A stretch of DNA of 64,000 nucleotides, from the NCBI GenBank assembly GCA_963692915.1, contig OY843584.1, forward strand, positions 1,088,001 to 1,152,000, read 5' to 3'. Shown here piece after piece: positions 44,168 through 54,264 of the stretch (position 1 is the first letter of the stretch; the number at the start of each line of letters is the position of its first letter). The translations under genes were made by a program, and so were the position numbers. The notes below the pieces were generated by a model that was not told the origin of the DNA, made no database searches, and worked only from the letters and a program-made list of their open reading frames with translations. The stretch is from Cenarchaeum sp. (GTDB taxonomy: Archaea > Thermoproteota > Nitrososphaeria > Nitrososphaerales > Nitrosopumilaceae).

Positions 44168-44507
44168 GGTGGCCGTTCTGCACAGGCTCGTCGATTATAA
44201 CCAGCATTTACATATGGTCAATAATCCCGACACCCTGGATCACTATGAATGTGATGCAGGCGCATGGAAGACAGTGCAGGCGGCGGCATGCCGCATCAGA
44301 CTTGGAACAGTAATCGTTCCGACATGACCGTTACGCCAAGCCCCTGTCACAGGCCATTCACAAGATTGTGTCAAGCCGCACGTTCGGCAAGATTTTGTCG
44401 ACGGACTGCATGTCAGCCGCACCTGCCATGTAAAACAGGTCCGTCCGCGTTCTGACGTAGCGCAGGCAATATCAAGTCTTTAAATAGAACCATGAGTATA
44501 TGAGTGC

Positions 44508-44639
44508 GTGAAATGGCACGAGGCAGTCATAGTTGGCGGCGTGCTTGTGGGACTTTATGCCATTCTCTCATCCAAGAGTGGCGACAATGATGCAGACAAC
44601 AGCGGGGAACAGAACGAGGACGACTCCAACAGTGACTAG
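44508..44639 (+). CDS. 43-aa single-pass membrane microprotein with acidic tail
   Basis: GTG start about 22 nt after TTTAAATA (44479-44486); MKWHEAVIVGGVLVGLYAILSSKSGDNDADNSGEQNEDDSNSD. Confidence 0.6.
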   Translation: MKWHEAVIVGGVLVGLYAILSSKSGDNDADNSGEQNEDDSNSD

Positions 44640-44773
44640 TGTGCCAGAGCACCCGGAACCCGCACGGCATTGCGCAACAGATGATTGAGACCCGACGCAT
44701 AAAATCGAATGGTGAAAAGACCCCGCAAGGCGCAGCAGAGTGCATGGGCGGCACGACACCACCGCGTGTGCGC

Positions 44774-45121
44774 CTAGTACTCGCGCGGAGGGTTTACGCA
44801 GTCAGTCGGCAGGGCAGACGTCTGCATGGCTACTGCGATATCGCGCACGTTGTGGTCACAGAGCGTCTCGTAGACTAGGGCGTCCATCTTTTCCTTTGTC
44901 GGCTTTTCTCCCATTGACGAGACAAAGCCGGCGAGGTAGCCCTGCATGTAGCTGAGCGACTGGAGAATGCCGTGGTACTCATTGATGACCGGAAACATCG
45001 GGCACGCCTGTGGGTCGTTGCGTATGCTCGCCGCATACCTCTTTGTCGCGTCCACTGCGATTTTAAGGGACAGATCGTTGTCTGGCTCTTGCACATTGCG
45101 CAAACTCGTCTTGCGTTTCAT
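44774..45121 (-). CDS. Orphan family protein B2 (115 aa)
   Basis: Close paralogue of B1; TATA TTTAATAA upstream. Confidence 0.85.
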   Translation of the reverse strand: MKRKTSLRNVQEPDNDLSLKIAVDATKRYAASIRNDPQACPMFPVINEYHGILQSLSYMQGYLAGFVSSMGEKPTKEKMDALVYETLCDHNVRDIAVAMQTSALPTDCVNPPREY

Positions 45122-45405
45122 GTGACGCGCTCTAAAGTGAGCGCATTATTAAACACTCGCACCATCTGACCGCACGAGGGCAGCGCAGCGTTGGCCAGGC
45201 AGGCGCGAACAGGCCGACGTGTCTGGCCACAGCGACGTCACTAGGCAAGAGGCGAGGTATGGCGATGAGCGCATAGTCGACTCTGCAGGAACCCGCGCCA
45301 TGGCAAGACAGAAGGCTCGAGGGCAGGGGCTGCTCAACATGTACATCACGAGAACGGCGTAACCCCCGATCGTGCGCGCAGACGATATGGCCACATGGGG
45401 CGCGC

Positions 45406-45747
45406 TCAATAGTCCTGCGGGGGGTTTATGCACTCGTCCAGGGACAGCGTCATCTTTAAGACAATGTCGCGCACATTGTCATCAGAGAGCGCATCACGAA
45501 CCATCGAGTTCATCACATCCCTAGTTGGGGTAGCCCCGGCAAAGTCCGCGATTCCGGCGAGGTAGCCGTGCATGTAGCAGAGCGTCTCGAGTGCCCCGCC
45601 GTGACTGGTGAGCACAGGAAGCATTGGACAGGCCTTTGGGTTGTCCACTATGCTCGCCGCGTATCTCTTTGTCTCGCTCACGGCGACGTCTAGCACGAGT
45701 GGGTTGGGCTTTTCTGCCCTCTCCTTTGTGGCCGTCTGCAGGCTCAT
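45406..45747 (-). CDS. Orphan family protein A2 (113 aa)
   Basis: Close paralogue of A1 (MSLQTATKER); TATA TTTAATAT upstream. Confidence 0.85.
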   Translation of the reverse strand: MSLQTATKERAEKPNPLVLDVAVSETKRYAASIVDNPKACPMLPVLTSHGGALETLCYMHGYLAGIADFAGATPTRDVMNSMVRDALSDDNVRDIVLKMTLSLDECINPPQDY

Positions 45748-46050
45748 GCCTCTCGCAGCATATACACACCATATTAAACATTCCAATGACTGTGGCTTTT
45801 GTGGGCTCAAGCGCGAGCCACCGTCGATTCTGGTCACGAACTTTGCACAGGGCAAAAAGCAGGGCATGACACGGCGCGCGTCTTCCTCACTCAGGGCGCA
45901 CAGTGTGGCAGTGCCATGTAGCCTGCGATCAACAGGGCGCACACTATCCGATCAAAGTGAGGCGCTGTAGTTTGGGAAGAGCTCGCGAGGCACACCAATG
46001 GCGGCAGGCAGGGCCAACACGCTTAAAAATCGCCATCGTGTGAGCGGGAC

Positions 46051-46728
46051 ATGGAATTAGCCGCAAGCCCGACATTGACACACTATGTGTTCTCGGACAT
46101 TACGGGGGATTTGAGCACCCGCAGTAATGATGACCATGTTGGGATCGCAGGAATCATGGTCAGTGCGGAGCGCGCCCTAATGCTTGACAGGGGCCTGCAG
46201 GAGCTCAAGGACAGGCGGTATCCGAAGCACGATCCCCTAAAGTTCATGCTTCATGGAACCGAACTAGGCAGCGGGCGCATTGGGCACATTGGAGACGCGG
46301 TCCCGCCGCCATATGAGAGCGTGTTCGGCGAGGTCCTAAAAGTGCTCAATGATGCCAATGTGAGAGTCATCCATGTCAGTTTGAGCAAAAAGGCCAACCG
46401 CACCGACAATAGCACGGATGTCAGCATGCGGGATCAGTTGTGGAACAAGTTTTTGACAGGATGCGACAGGGCGCTAGAGTCCGTCGGCGGGGACTCTATG
46501 GCGATGATCGTCCACGACAGGGACCGCACGAGTGAAATCATCTCCGGAATTCTCAGCGCACACGTAAAGGGGCATGCTGGATGCAGGATGAGTCCTCCAA
46601 TGAGGTTTCACAGATCGCGCAGCGTAAACGCCCTGCAGGGGGCAGACATTGTGGCGTATATCGAGCGGCATGCGCACAAGAGTCCCGTGTTTGAAGAGTG
46701 GCACAAGAGCATCACGGGTATGAGATGA
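46051..46728 (+). CDS. DUF3800-family (RNase H-like fold) protein
   Basis: N-terminal YVFSDITGD, central IVHD, C-terminal S..LQGADIVAY. Confidence 0.7.
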   Translation: MELAASPTLTHYVFSDITGDLSTRSNDDHVGIAGIMVSAERALMLDRGLQELKDRRYPKHDPLKFMLHGTELGSGRIGHIGDAVPPPYESVFGEVLKVLNDANVRVIHVSLSKKANRTDNSTDVSMRDQLWNKFLTGCDRALESVGGDSMAMIVHDRDRTSEIISGILSAHVKGHAGCRMSPPMRFHRSRSVNALQGADIVAYIERHAHKSPVFEEWHKSITGMR

Positions 46729-46852
46729 GGGGCGGACGGACGGATCCATTACGGATGCCGCCCATCCTAAAGGCGAATCAATCGCGCGCCTCTGGGCAGG
46801 CAGGCAGGCGGCACACATTATTAGCGTTGCCCAAAAACGGACATGTCATCCC

Positions 46853-48106
46853 TCATGCGGTGATCTGTGGCCGAATCACGTCAGCGAGGCCATCACGATC
46901 CCTGACGTGTGCGCCCACCCTGTCATCAAGTATGGCACTCGCGAGGGACTCCATCTCCCTTGTGCTGACCCGCAGCTCGTGCAGCCTCAGGAGCGAGTTT
47001 ATCCTGTCATATGCGCCATGATCGCAGGGCGCACCGTCCAGCTCGCCGAGAATTTCGCGCGCCGCAGCATTATCGCCCATGCCGGCCTCCATGGCGATTG
47101 TGTGTGCGAGGCCATTATGGTCGGAGACGGGGCGCAGTCCGACGGTGCGACTGTCAAGGGCCTGCAGCTTGCGTACGTCGTTCTTTCTTTCAGGATATCC
47201 AAACCCGCGCGTTGTGGACAGCGCCACAAGGTCAGCGCCCCAGAACGGCATGCAATGGATCGTCGAGGCCCGATGATCCGCAAGGTTTGCGCGCGGTATG
47301 TTGGTGGCAAGAAACGCGACATCCCTGTGCGCATATTTCTGAAGGCACTCATAGGCGGCCGGAGCCGACTCGGGCGGCCGGTACAGTATGTTCACCATGT
47401 TCAATCCAAGCTCGTCAACAATATACTCCAGCACATCGGCAAAGGCAAAATATCCCATGTCAATTGAGGGAAGTGTCTGCTTGCGGCAGCTCTCAATCTC
47501 CCCGTGTACGCGCCAGAGCTTTTTTTGCAGCCAGTCAGGTGCCGTGCGGCTCTCGATGTTGGATTGCGGCACTTCTTCAACGTGTGGCGCCATCCTTGCC
47601 TGCTCGGGGTTTAGGCCCATGTGCGGCACGGACACAATGTCATAGCCGGCCCTCATCTGTGAGCGAACAAGCGCATCAACTAGGTGATCTTGCGCATCGC
47701 CACACTCGAGTATCGGATTTGGCGCGCCCATCGCAATGTCGCCAATCTGGAGCGAGCACACACGGAGTGGGGCGTTCTGCGCGTTGAACTTTGCCAGGTC
47801 ATCGACGAATTGCCGTTGCCCGCCATGGTAGGCAAGCAGCGTAAACGTGTCATGGCGGTATATTGTCTTTGCGTACACGGCCACGCGGTTCTCGAGCTCG
47901 ATTCCGAGGTCATGACGGGAGTTCATGTCCATCTCGTATCCCGTTGCGCATCTCGCCGGAGTCACGATCACCTCGTCGCCAACGCGCATCTCAAGTGAGC
48001 GCAGTGCGGGCATGTCGTGTGTTGCCTCCACAACGCGCCTCACGCGCACGTCTAGCAACGCAGGGTCACGCCCCCGCACGCGAGGCGCACGTGCCATACG
48101 CGGCAT
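46853..48106 (-). CDS. Hypothetical TIM-barrel protein, distantly tRNA-guanine-transglycosylase-like
   Basis: R.LEMRVG..IVTP at the N-terminus, Q.RAGYDIVSVP, FWGADLV; no DSGG or CxCxxC motifs. Confidence 0.5.
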   Translation of the reverse strand: MPRMARAPRVRGRDPALLDVRVRRVVEATHDMPALRSLEMRVGDEVIVTPARCATGYEMDMNSRHDLGIELENRVAVYAKTIYRHDTFTLLAYHGGQRQFVDDLAKFNAQNAPLRVCSLQIGDIAMGAPNPILECGDAQDHLVDALVRSQMRAGYDIVSVPHMGLNPEQARMAPHVEEVPQSNIESRTAPDWLQKKLWRVHGEIESCRKQTLPSIDMGYFAFADVLEYIVDELGLNMVNILYRPPESAPAAYECLQKYAHRDVAFLATNIPRANLADHRASTIHCMPFWGADLVALSTTRGFGYPERKNDVRKLQALDSRTVGLRPVSDHNGLAHTIAMEAGMGDNAAAREILGELDGAPCDHGAYDRINSLLRLHELRVSTREMESLASAILDDRVGAHVRDRDGLADVIRPQITA

Positions 48107-48216
48107 CCCCGTCGCATTCCATGTCGCGCAGCCTGCGTGGACATATTTATAGCTGAGCGCCCATGATGTTCACGGCCGACGTGTGGGCGCGCCCGCACTG
48201 CAGGCATTGCTGTAAA

Positions 48217-50493
48217 TCACGCGTGATCCAGTTCAGTCTGCAGCGCAAGACATATGCGATCTATGGTGTCCGGCGGGAGCGGTGTGGTGGCGCAGTCGTT
48301 CCTGATGAAAAATGTGTTATAGTGCATGTCCACGTGCTTGACAAGGAGTATGCCCCCAAGGCCAGGCCTGCGCTGAAGCCTGTCATGGAGAAGCTTGCGC
48401 AGATCCTTGCTGTAAAACTCGCCCCAGTCACATTCGACAGCCAGGATCGACTGTTCTCCTGTAAAGTATTCTATCTGCTTTTTGTCCATTATCCTGCAGC
48501 AAAGGTCCGGAATCGAGGCAGCATCGAGACGGGCACTGTCGGCAGTTGTAAGGAGGAGATCAAGCGGAAAGTATGCCTCGATGTAACAGTCTTCCACTAG
48601 CAGGTCAAGGCATCCCCTGTCAGCAATTGTCGGACAGGGTTTGATATTTTTAAAATGGGATGCACAGTGTGCGTATAGATTTATCTCTAGGAGCATCTTC
48701 CAGAGCTCCGAGGCGCGGATGCCATGTGTCCATGGTTTGGAGCCGAGTTTTGGGTCAATGCGCAGCTTTTTCATTGTCTTTAGAGTCGTTTCGAGCTCCT
48801 CTAGCGCCCCGTTGGGGTAATATCGCAGGTTTTGTTTCTGTGCCTGACGGTAAATTCCCATCTGCGCCGATATGTGGCGAGCCAGATCCGACTTTGACGC
48901 CACCATTTGGCCGATATGCTTCTCTATATGCAGAAAGCCATGTGAGAGCGGACGTTGGTCGAGGATCCATGAATTGAGCTCATCGGCGCTGTACACCCTT
49001 CGACGCTGCATAATGTCAAATTCGAGCTCGCGAGCACTTTTCAACGCATCTCCGTGGTAATGCGCGAGCGCCAGGCCCAGCCCGAGTGCCCCAGATCTTT
49101 GCTCAAGGATGGTTCCGCACCGCCGTACGATGGAGTCCGCATTCTCGGGGCGACACCTTTCCATTGGGGCAAGAATTATGCCGATTATGGACTCGGGCAG
49201 CCGTGATGCGGCGATCCTTTGCGAGTCAGCGCCGCCAAAGTCCACCATTGCCCCACATATGTCACATGCCTCGCCATAAAGACTGCGATCCAGGTAGAGC
49301 GTTGTCATGACTGCGTCTATGAACTCATCAGGAATTCCGGAGCCAAATCGCGCCATGTCTAGTATGTGGCGCTTTGTGGCCTCCCCCACTGTCACGTCCT
49401 TTGACACGTATGTCAGCATGAACGACAACGTGCTGCGCAGCTCGCCAATGTGCTGTATTCGCACGCGCCCAAGGCGCTTGACCACAAGATCAAGCTCGCG
49501 ACGCGCCTCTTGTTCTGTATGGATTGAGCCACGCTGTGGGGGTTTTGACTCTGGAAACTTGGAAAACGCGCACCGGAACGGGTATTTCTCAACGGCTGAC
49601 GGCCGAGACCCGTCATCATGCTGGAGTCGCCGTTCCATAATGACGCGCGCAGTTCGCGATATTGCCTCAGGCGCAAGAGCCCCGTCACGTGGAATCGCGA
49701 TATCCACCCCTAGCGCATCGATGCGCCGGGCCAGAATGTCACTGCAGGACTTTGCAATTTTTGGATCCATTTCTGTTCTCTGTGCAATGGCGTGTTTGGC
49801 GAGCCTTTCAATCGAGGCCTCTGGAACAGTGGAGGCCAGCGCACACTGTGCGTCCTCGTAATCAAAATCCATAATCTTGTGGCATATGGCGAACACATCC
49901 CCATACTGTCCACGCTTTATGCAAAGCTCGTCGATAATTGCAACAGGCACGTCATCCCCAAATCCAAATCCAAACCTAGATCTAGAGCCAAACCTCACCA
50001 TGTCCGCCACATAATTCTGCGCCGCAGAGCCGATCCCTGCGCCATCATCAAGGCGCATAGCCAGGTCACGCAGCTGTGATTTCCAGGAGTCAAGGCTCGA
50101 CACGTACGCGTCCATGAATTGTGTGCAGACAGAGCGGATTGCCGGGAGCAAGTCATCTAATGTAGTTACAGAGTTCAGCGTGCTGATGTGAACCAGCTCG
50201 CACTCTATGGCAATGATGTACTCTAGATCACTGTCCACGCTTGCCAGCTCGTCACGAAGGCGAACCCAGGAGGCCAGACCCGATGTGGGCTCGATTGTGT
50301 CCAGTAGCCGAAGCGCGCGCTTTTTGGCATCCCCGCCACCTGCCATGTCGGACAGGCCGTTGCGCACACGAGTCAGGATATTTTTGCGCGTGTCGTTGCG
50401 CGGGTGATCCCGCAGCGGTGGCTTGACGGATGGCGCACCGGGGCCACGCTCCGAGCCTGTAGGCTGTCCTGCGCGCCGTGTCCCGTCTGCCAT
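48217..50493 (-). CDS. Large helical protein with two ~215-aa internal repeats and a putative C-terminal PD-(D/E)XK-like domain
   Basis: ORF open to 50850. Repeats begin DMVRFGS and DMARFGS; C-terminal LLEINL..PTI...LDLLVEDCYIEAY. Confidence 0.65.
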   Translation of the reverse strand: MADGTRRAGQPTGSERGPGAPSVKPPLRDHPRNDTRKNILTRVRNGLSDMAGGGDAKKRALRLLDTIEPTSGLASWVRLRDELASVDSDLEYIIAIECELVHISTLNSVTTLDDLLPAIRSVCTQFMDAYVSSLDSWKSQLRDLAMRLDDGAGIGSAAQNYVADMVRFGSRSRFGFGFGDDVPVAIIDELCIKRGQYGDVFAICHKIMDFDYEDAQCALASTVPEASIERLAKHAIAQRTEMDPKIAKSCSDILARRIDALGVDIAIPRDGALAPEAISRTARVIMERRLQHDDGSRPSAVEKYPFRCAFSKFPESKPPQRGSIHTEQEARRELDLVVKRLGRVRIQHIGELRSTLSFMLTYVSKDVTVGEATKRHILDMARFGSGIPDEFIDAVMTTLYLDRSLYGEACDICGAMVDFGGADSQRIAASRLPESIIGIILAPMERCRPENADSIVRRCGTILEQRSGALGLGLALAHYHGDALKSARELEFDIMQRRRVYSADELNSWILDQRPLSHGFLHIEKHIGQMVASKSDLARHISAQMGIYRQAQKQNLRYYPNGALEELETTLKTMKKLRIDPKLGSKPWTHGIRASELWKMLLEINLYAHCASHFKNIKPCPTIADRGCLDLLVEDCYIEAYFPLDLLLTTADSARLDAASIPDLCCRIMDKKQIEYFTGEQSILAVECDWGEFYSKDLRKLLHDRLQRRPGLGGILLVKHVDMHYNTFFIRNDCATTPLPPDTIDRICLALQTELDHA

Positions 50494-51094
50494 GCCTCCA
50501 CGGGCAAGCCGGCCCCCGCTTAAGTCTATTTCTGCGAGCCCACACGGGCAGACATCACAAAAAACAGAAATTTGTGATGAGCAGGAGTGATCAGCGCAGG
50601 CAGCAGATCTTTGTTCAGTTATAGCGAGAAGTGCGCGAGGATGGCTCACGAGGCGACGAATCAGGCCAGAGGCGCCGGCGTGCCTCAGGCCAGTGATCTC
50701 TTGGAAGGAGCGAACCGTGATGCACGAGTTTTTGCAGTGTCCCGGCATGGACATCGCCGTCTGTGGCGGTGACGTATTTGCAGCAAACGAGTCGACAGAA
50801 GTGGCTAAAAGGCAATAACCGCCCACCCTGGCGAGCCGGTATACATTCACGGCAATACGATCCTGTGCACATCAGCACGGGTATGCCCATTCTCCTGCAG
50901 GAGCACGGTGTTGGCGCATCTCCATGGGTGATGCCGATGCAGCGTGCCAGCAATCCCATTCACAAATCTGCAGGTTCATCATGACACCAGAGTGTCATGA
51001 GATACGCCAGGGGCATGACGCCGGGACACACAGGCGCAGCAGGAATCTGGCAATGGCCTAAAACTAATTAATGCCCCACTGCCCGCACCATGCC

Positions 51095-51373
51095 ATGTCC
51101 CAGAGAAGAGTCCACATACACGTGTCAGGAACCGTGCAGGGCGTCTATTACAGGCTCACGATGCAAAAGTCCGCCGCAGCGCACGACGTTGTGGGCTGGG
51201 TGCGCAACATGGAGGACGGCAGGGTCGAGGCAGTCATCGAGGGCGATGCGGACGGCGTCGAGCGCGTGCTCGAATGGTGCGCGCGCGGGCCGGGTGCAGC
51301 AAAGGTAGACGGAGTCTCTAGTGCAGAGGAGGAGCCGACTGGCGAGTTTGCGTCCTTTGACATACGCGACTAG
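51095..51373 (+). CDS. acyP: Acylphosphatase
   Basis: VSGTVQGVYYR, GWVRNMEDGRVEAVIEG, GPGAAKV. Confidence 0.95.
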   Translation: MSQRRVHIHVSGTVQGVYYRLTMQKSAAAHDVVGWVRNMEDGRVEAVIEGDADGVERVLEWCARGPGAAKVDGVSSAEEEPTGEFASFDIRD

Positions 51374-51678
51374 ACGCGCCCGTAGGCGGCAGCTATCGCA
51401 TCACGCACACGTTTCATGTCATCGCCGGCGCGCACGGTCAGCACGCTGGGTTCTGCGCGCCTCCCCTCGTTGAGCCTCACGATAACAGAGTCCCCGTCAG
51501 GTGACACGTCGGCAAACCAGCGCATCGCCATCGACCTGCCAAACACGACCCTGTGCATGCGCACGTGCTCGACGACGCCAGGCCCAATCGTCATGCACAG
51601 CTCGCGCAGGAGGACGAGTGCCTTGCGTGCCGAACCGGCATCATGCAAGAGATCCCCAAACGTCCTCGGCGCGTCCAT
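51370..51678 (-). CDS. Conserved hypothetical protein (DUF5655-like)
   Basis: MDAPRTFGDLL...LRELCMTIG..V.EHVRMHRVVFG; lies downstream of SRP RNA. Confidence 0.6.
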   Translation of the reverse strand: MDAPRTFGDLLHDAGSARKALVLLRELCMTIGPGVVEHVRMHRVVFGRSMAMRWFADVSPDGDSVIVRLNEGRRAEPSVLTVRAGDDMKRVRDAIAAAYGRV

Positions 51679-51708
51679 CGTGCGCGCACGCGCACGGCCA
51701 AATATGTA

Positions 51709-52024
51709 GGTAGCAGGCCCGGTGGCCCCACCATAGGCCGGCGACCCCATCTCCCGGCGCGCAAGATCCACCACGTTGACGGGGAAGCGTGGATGCTCCG
51801 ACTTAGGGCTGCTCCCTCCCGGACCTGGCCCATTTCGACGGCTCGCCCATGGGGTTCGGCCCTTCGGCCGGCCCCTGTGCTGCAACCACCCGCCCCGGCG
51901 TGGCTTCATGTCCGCTCGCCAAGCGGGAACCGTCAACCTAGGGATTTACCCACCAGTTGCTGGCCTCTGCGTATAGCCGGTTTCAGAACGGGGCACGGCT
52001 AGCACCCCGGCCCTCCCTGCTACC
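51709..52024 (-). ncRNA. ffs: Archaeal SRP (7S) RNA
   Basis: Helix-8 motif GGGCCAGGTCC-GGGA-GGGAGCAGCCC on the minus strand; ends pair (GGTAGCAGG / CCTGCTACC); about 316 nt. Confidence 0.93.
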
Positions 52025-52085
52025 GCACGGCCCGCCGGCGCCGAGGTATATTTGCCTAAGGGCGCGCGTGGGCGTGGCGCTGCGC

Positions 52086-53021
52086 CTAGGTGGCCGTCTC
52101 TGGCGTCTTGGCCTGCAGTCCCTCCAGCGTCAGGCATGCGGCGCACTGGATACCAGTGCACGGGGCGCCGCAGCGCGAGCACGCCGATGCGGCAGCCTGC
52201 GGGCTCGCCGAGCGCAGCCTTGAGGCGATGCTGACAGCCGAGCGGTACATGCCGTTCTTTATGCCGCTGTGTCGCGACTCTAGCGCGTTGAGAAACTCGC
52301 GAACCTCCGTGCGCACGCCCTCGTTCATGTGCGGGCACGACTCGGACTGGAACGGGAGCGACTCAGAGTATGCGTAAAACGCGATCTCGGCCTCATAGAT
52401 GTCGCAGAACGGCTTTATCCTCCTCGTGCCCGTTCTTGCCGGCGCGTCGGGGTCTGTGCGCGCAATCCTGCCAATGTCACCGGACATCATGTTGATCAGC
52501 GTTGTCTGCACAATGTCATCCAGGTTGTGCGCAGTGGCCACAGAGTCCGCATCAAGCTCGGATGCGGCAATGTCAAGGGCTCGGCGCCGCAGGGTTCCGC
52601 ATATCGAGCATGACGTCGGGCGCGAGTCTGACTCTAGTGCGGACTCTAGCGTTGTCCCAAAGAGGCCCTCGTACGAGTACACGTGGTGGCCCAGTCCAAG
52701 TGACGAGCAGAACGTGGAGACGATGGATAGCGCCTCGTCCCTGTATCCGGGTATTCCCTCGTCGATCGTGACGGGAACCAGCTCGACGCCCTTTTTTGGC
52801 GCCATTTTGATGAGGACGTGCAGGAGGGCGAGTGAGTCCTTGCCGCCAGACACGCCAACGCAGATGCGCTCTCCCCGTTTCATCATCGCGTGGCGCGAGA
52901 TGGCCGCAGCCGTCTTTTTTTGTATCGAGCGCGCAAAGCACGATGAGCACAGTGACTCGCCCGAGTATCTGCGCGTGTATGCCGGCGGTGCGCCGCATAT
53001 GCACACAGGCGTGCCGCTCAA
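52086..53021 (-). CDS. tRNA 2-thiolation protein, TtuA/Ncs6/CTU1 family
   Basis: SGGKDS PP-loop, CSICG.LRR, ATAHNLDD, N- and C-terminal CxxC zinc fingers; TTG start overlaps the upstream stop. Confidence 0.92.
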   Translation of the reverse strand: MSGTPVCICGAPPAYTRRYSGESLCSSCFARSIQKKTAAAISRHAMMKRGERICVGVSGGKDSLALLHVLIKMAPKKGVELVPVTIDEGIPGYRDEALSIVSTFCSSLGLGHHVYSYEGLFGTTLESALESDSRPTSCSICGTLRRRALDIAASELDADSVATAHNLDDIVQTTLINMMSGDIGRIARTDPDAPARTGTRRIKPFCDIYEAEIAFYAYSESLPFQSESCPHMNEGVRTEVREFLNALESRHSGIKNGMYRSAVSIASRLRSASPQAAASACSRCGAPCTGIQCAACLTLEGLQAKTPETAT

Positions 53022-54220
53022 ATCGTAAACCAGCCGGACTTTGCGTACGAGAGGCCGATGTTTAGCGCAAAGAGCGCAAACGTCACGCCGTATATGGCCC
53101 ACATGGCCACATTGAGGCGCGCCTCAGAGAGGCGGGCCGAGAGGAGTATGTGGACAAACTTGCCGCCATCGAGTATCGGCAGCGGGAGCATGTTGATGAT
53201 TCCGATAAAGAACGATATCATCCAGAGCCAGAGGAGGAACATCGAGACAGACGGGTTGTCCCAGGCGATATAGTCGTGTATTGGCTTGAATGCGGCCGTA
53301 TTGTCGCGCATGATGCCGACTAGGCCGACGGACGGGTCATTTGGCGAGGGCATTATCTCGACCTCCATGGAGATCTCCTCGCCCCCGCGCAGTATGCGCA
53401 GGTCAGCCGTGTCGCCTGGCTCTAGGCCTGCGCGCGAGAGATCCACAAACGAGGCTATCTCTAGGCCGTTGACGCCGACTATCTTGTCTCCGGCGAGGAT
53501 TCCGGCGCGCTCGGCACCAAGGCCCTCCATGACCGAGAGGACGCCGACGCCGCCGGGCGTCTCATAGAACGCGTCAACTAGGGGGTCAGGCAGCACGATC
53601 GCAAAGACGGGGTTTGTCAGCAGCAGCGCGCCGAGGACCATCGAAAAGGCAACGTTGGCAGTCGCGCCGGCCCCGATGACGCGCAGTCGCGAGAGGCGGC
53701 GGGCAGATTCAAACGCCTTTTCATCAGGCTCGACAAAGCCGGCAAAGAGTGCGATAAAGACGGCAAATCCCCCGTTCTTTATGCGGATCCTCTCAAGGGC
53801 CGCCACGATACCGTGGGCGCCCTCGTGCATGATAAGGACTATTGGTATCGAGAGCAAAAAGAACGCGATTGCAGGTCCCGACGTGAGTGTCACGCCGGGT
53901 ATGAGGACCGTGACCTCGGCGAACTCGGTAGGCGCATCAAAGTAGGCCGTAACGTTTGCGGCAAGGAAATAGAACGCAAAGGCCATCATTGCAAATCCCG
54001 CAACGACGCTCACGTCGGCAAATATCCTCACGGCCCTGCGCGTGCGCGAGAGGAGGCGCTCGAGGACGTCGTTGACTGACTCGTTCCTGTACACGAGGCT
54101 GTACGGCTTTAGCGAAAAGCCGTGCCTGTCAAGGCCGCACGCCTTGGCTAGGACTATGGTGATGACCCACGCGATGAGCACGTAGACTATGGGGTTCTCG
54201 GATATGAACTCTAGTACCAT
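53018..54220 (-). CDS. Site-2 protease (peptidase M50) with PDZ domain
   Basis: HEGAH, NMLPLPILDGG, GAERAGILAGDKIVGVNG. Confidence 0.95.
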   Translation of the reverse strand: MVLEFISENPIVYVLIAWVITIVLAKACGLDRHGFSLKPYSLVYRNESVNDVLERLLSRTRRAVRIFADVSVVAGFAMMAFAFYFLAANVTAYFDAPTEFAEVTVLIPGVTLTSGPAIAFFLLSIPIVLIMHEGAHGIVAALERIRIKNGGFAVFIALFAGFVEPDEKAFESARRLSRLRVIGAGATANVAFSMVLGALLLTNPVFAIVLPDPLVDAFYETPGGVGVLSVMEGLGAERAGILAGDKIVGVNGLEIASFVDLSRAGLEPGDTADLRILRGGEEISMEVEIMPSPNDPSVGLVGIMRDNTAAFKPIHDYIAWDNPSVSMFLLWLWMISFFIGIINMLPLPILDGGKFVHILLSARLSEARLNVAMWAIYGVTFALFALNIGLSYAKSGWFTI

Positions 54221-54264
54221 TCTGACGCGCACGTTTTTTAGGCACGGGGGTTTATACCTTGCCC

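Larger units (their letters stand above)
40384..45817. repeat. ~1.05-kb direct duplication (40384-41432 vs 44774-45817) of the A-spacer-B unit
   Basis: Genes, spacer and upstream promoter region are all alignable. Confidence 0.9.

Noticed and set aside
51679-52002. Protein-coding ORFs over this interval (extension to 51936 and 51553-52002)
   Set aside because: They overlap the SRP RNA gene
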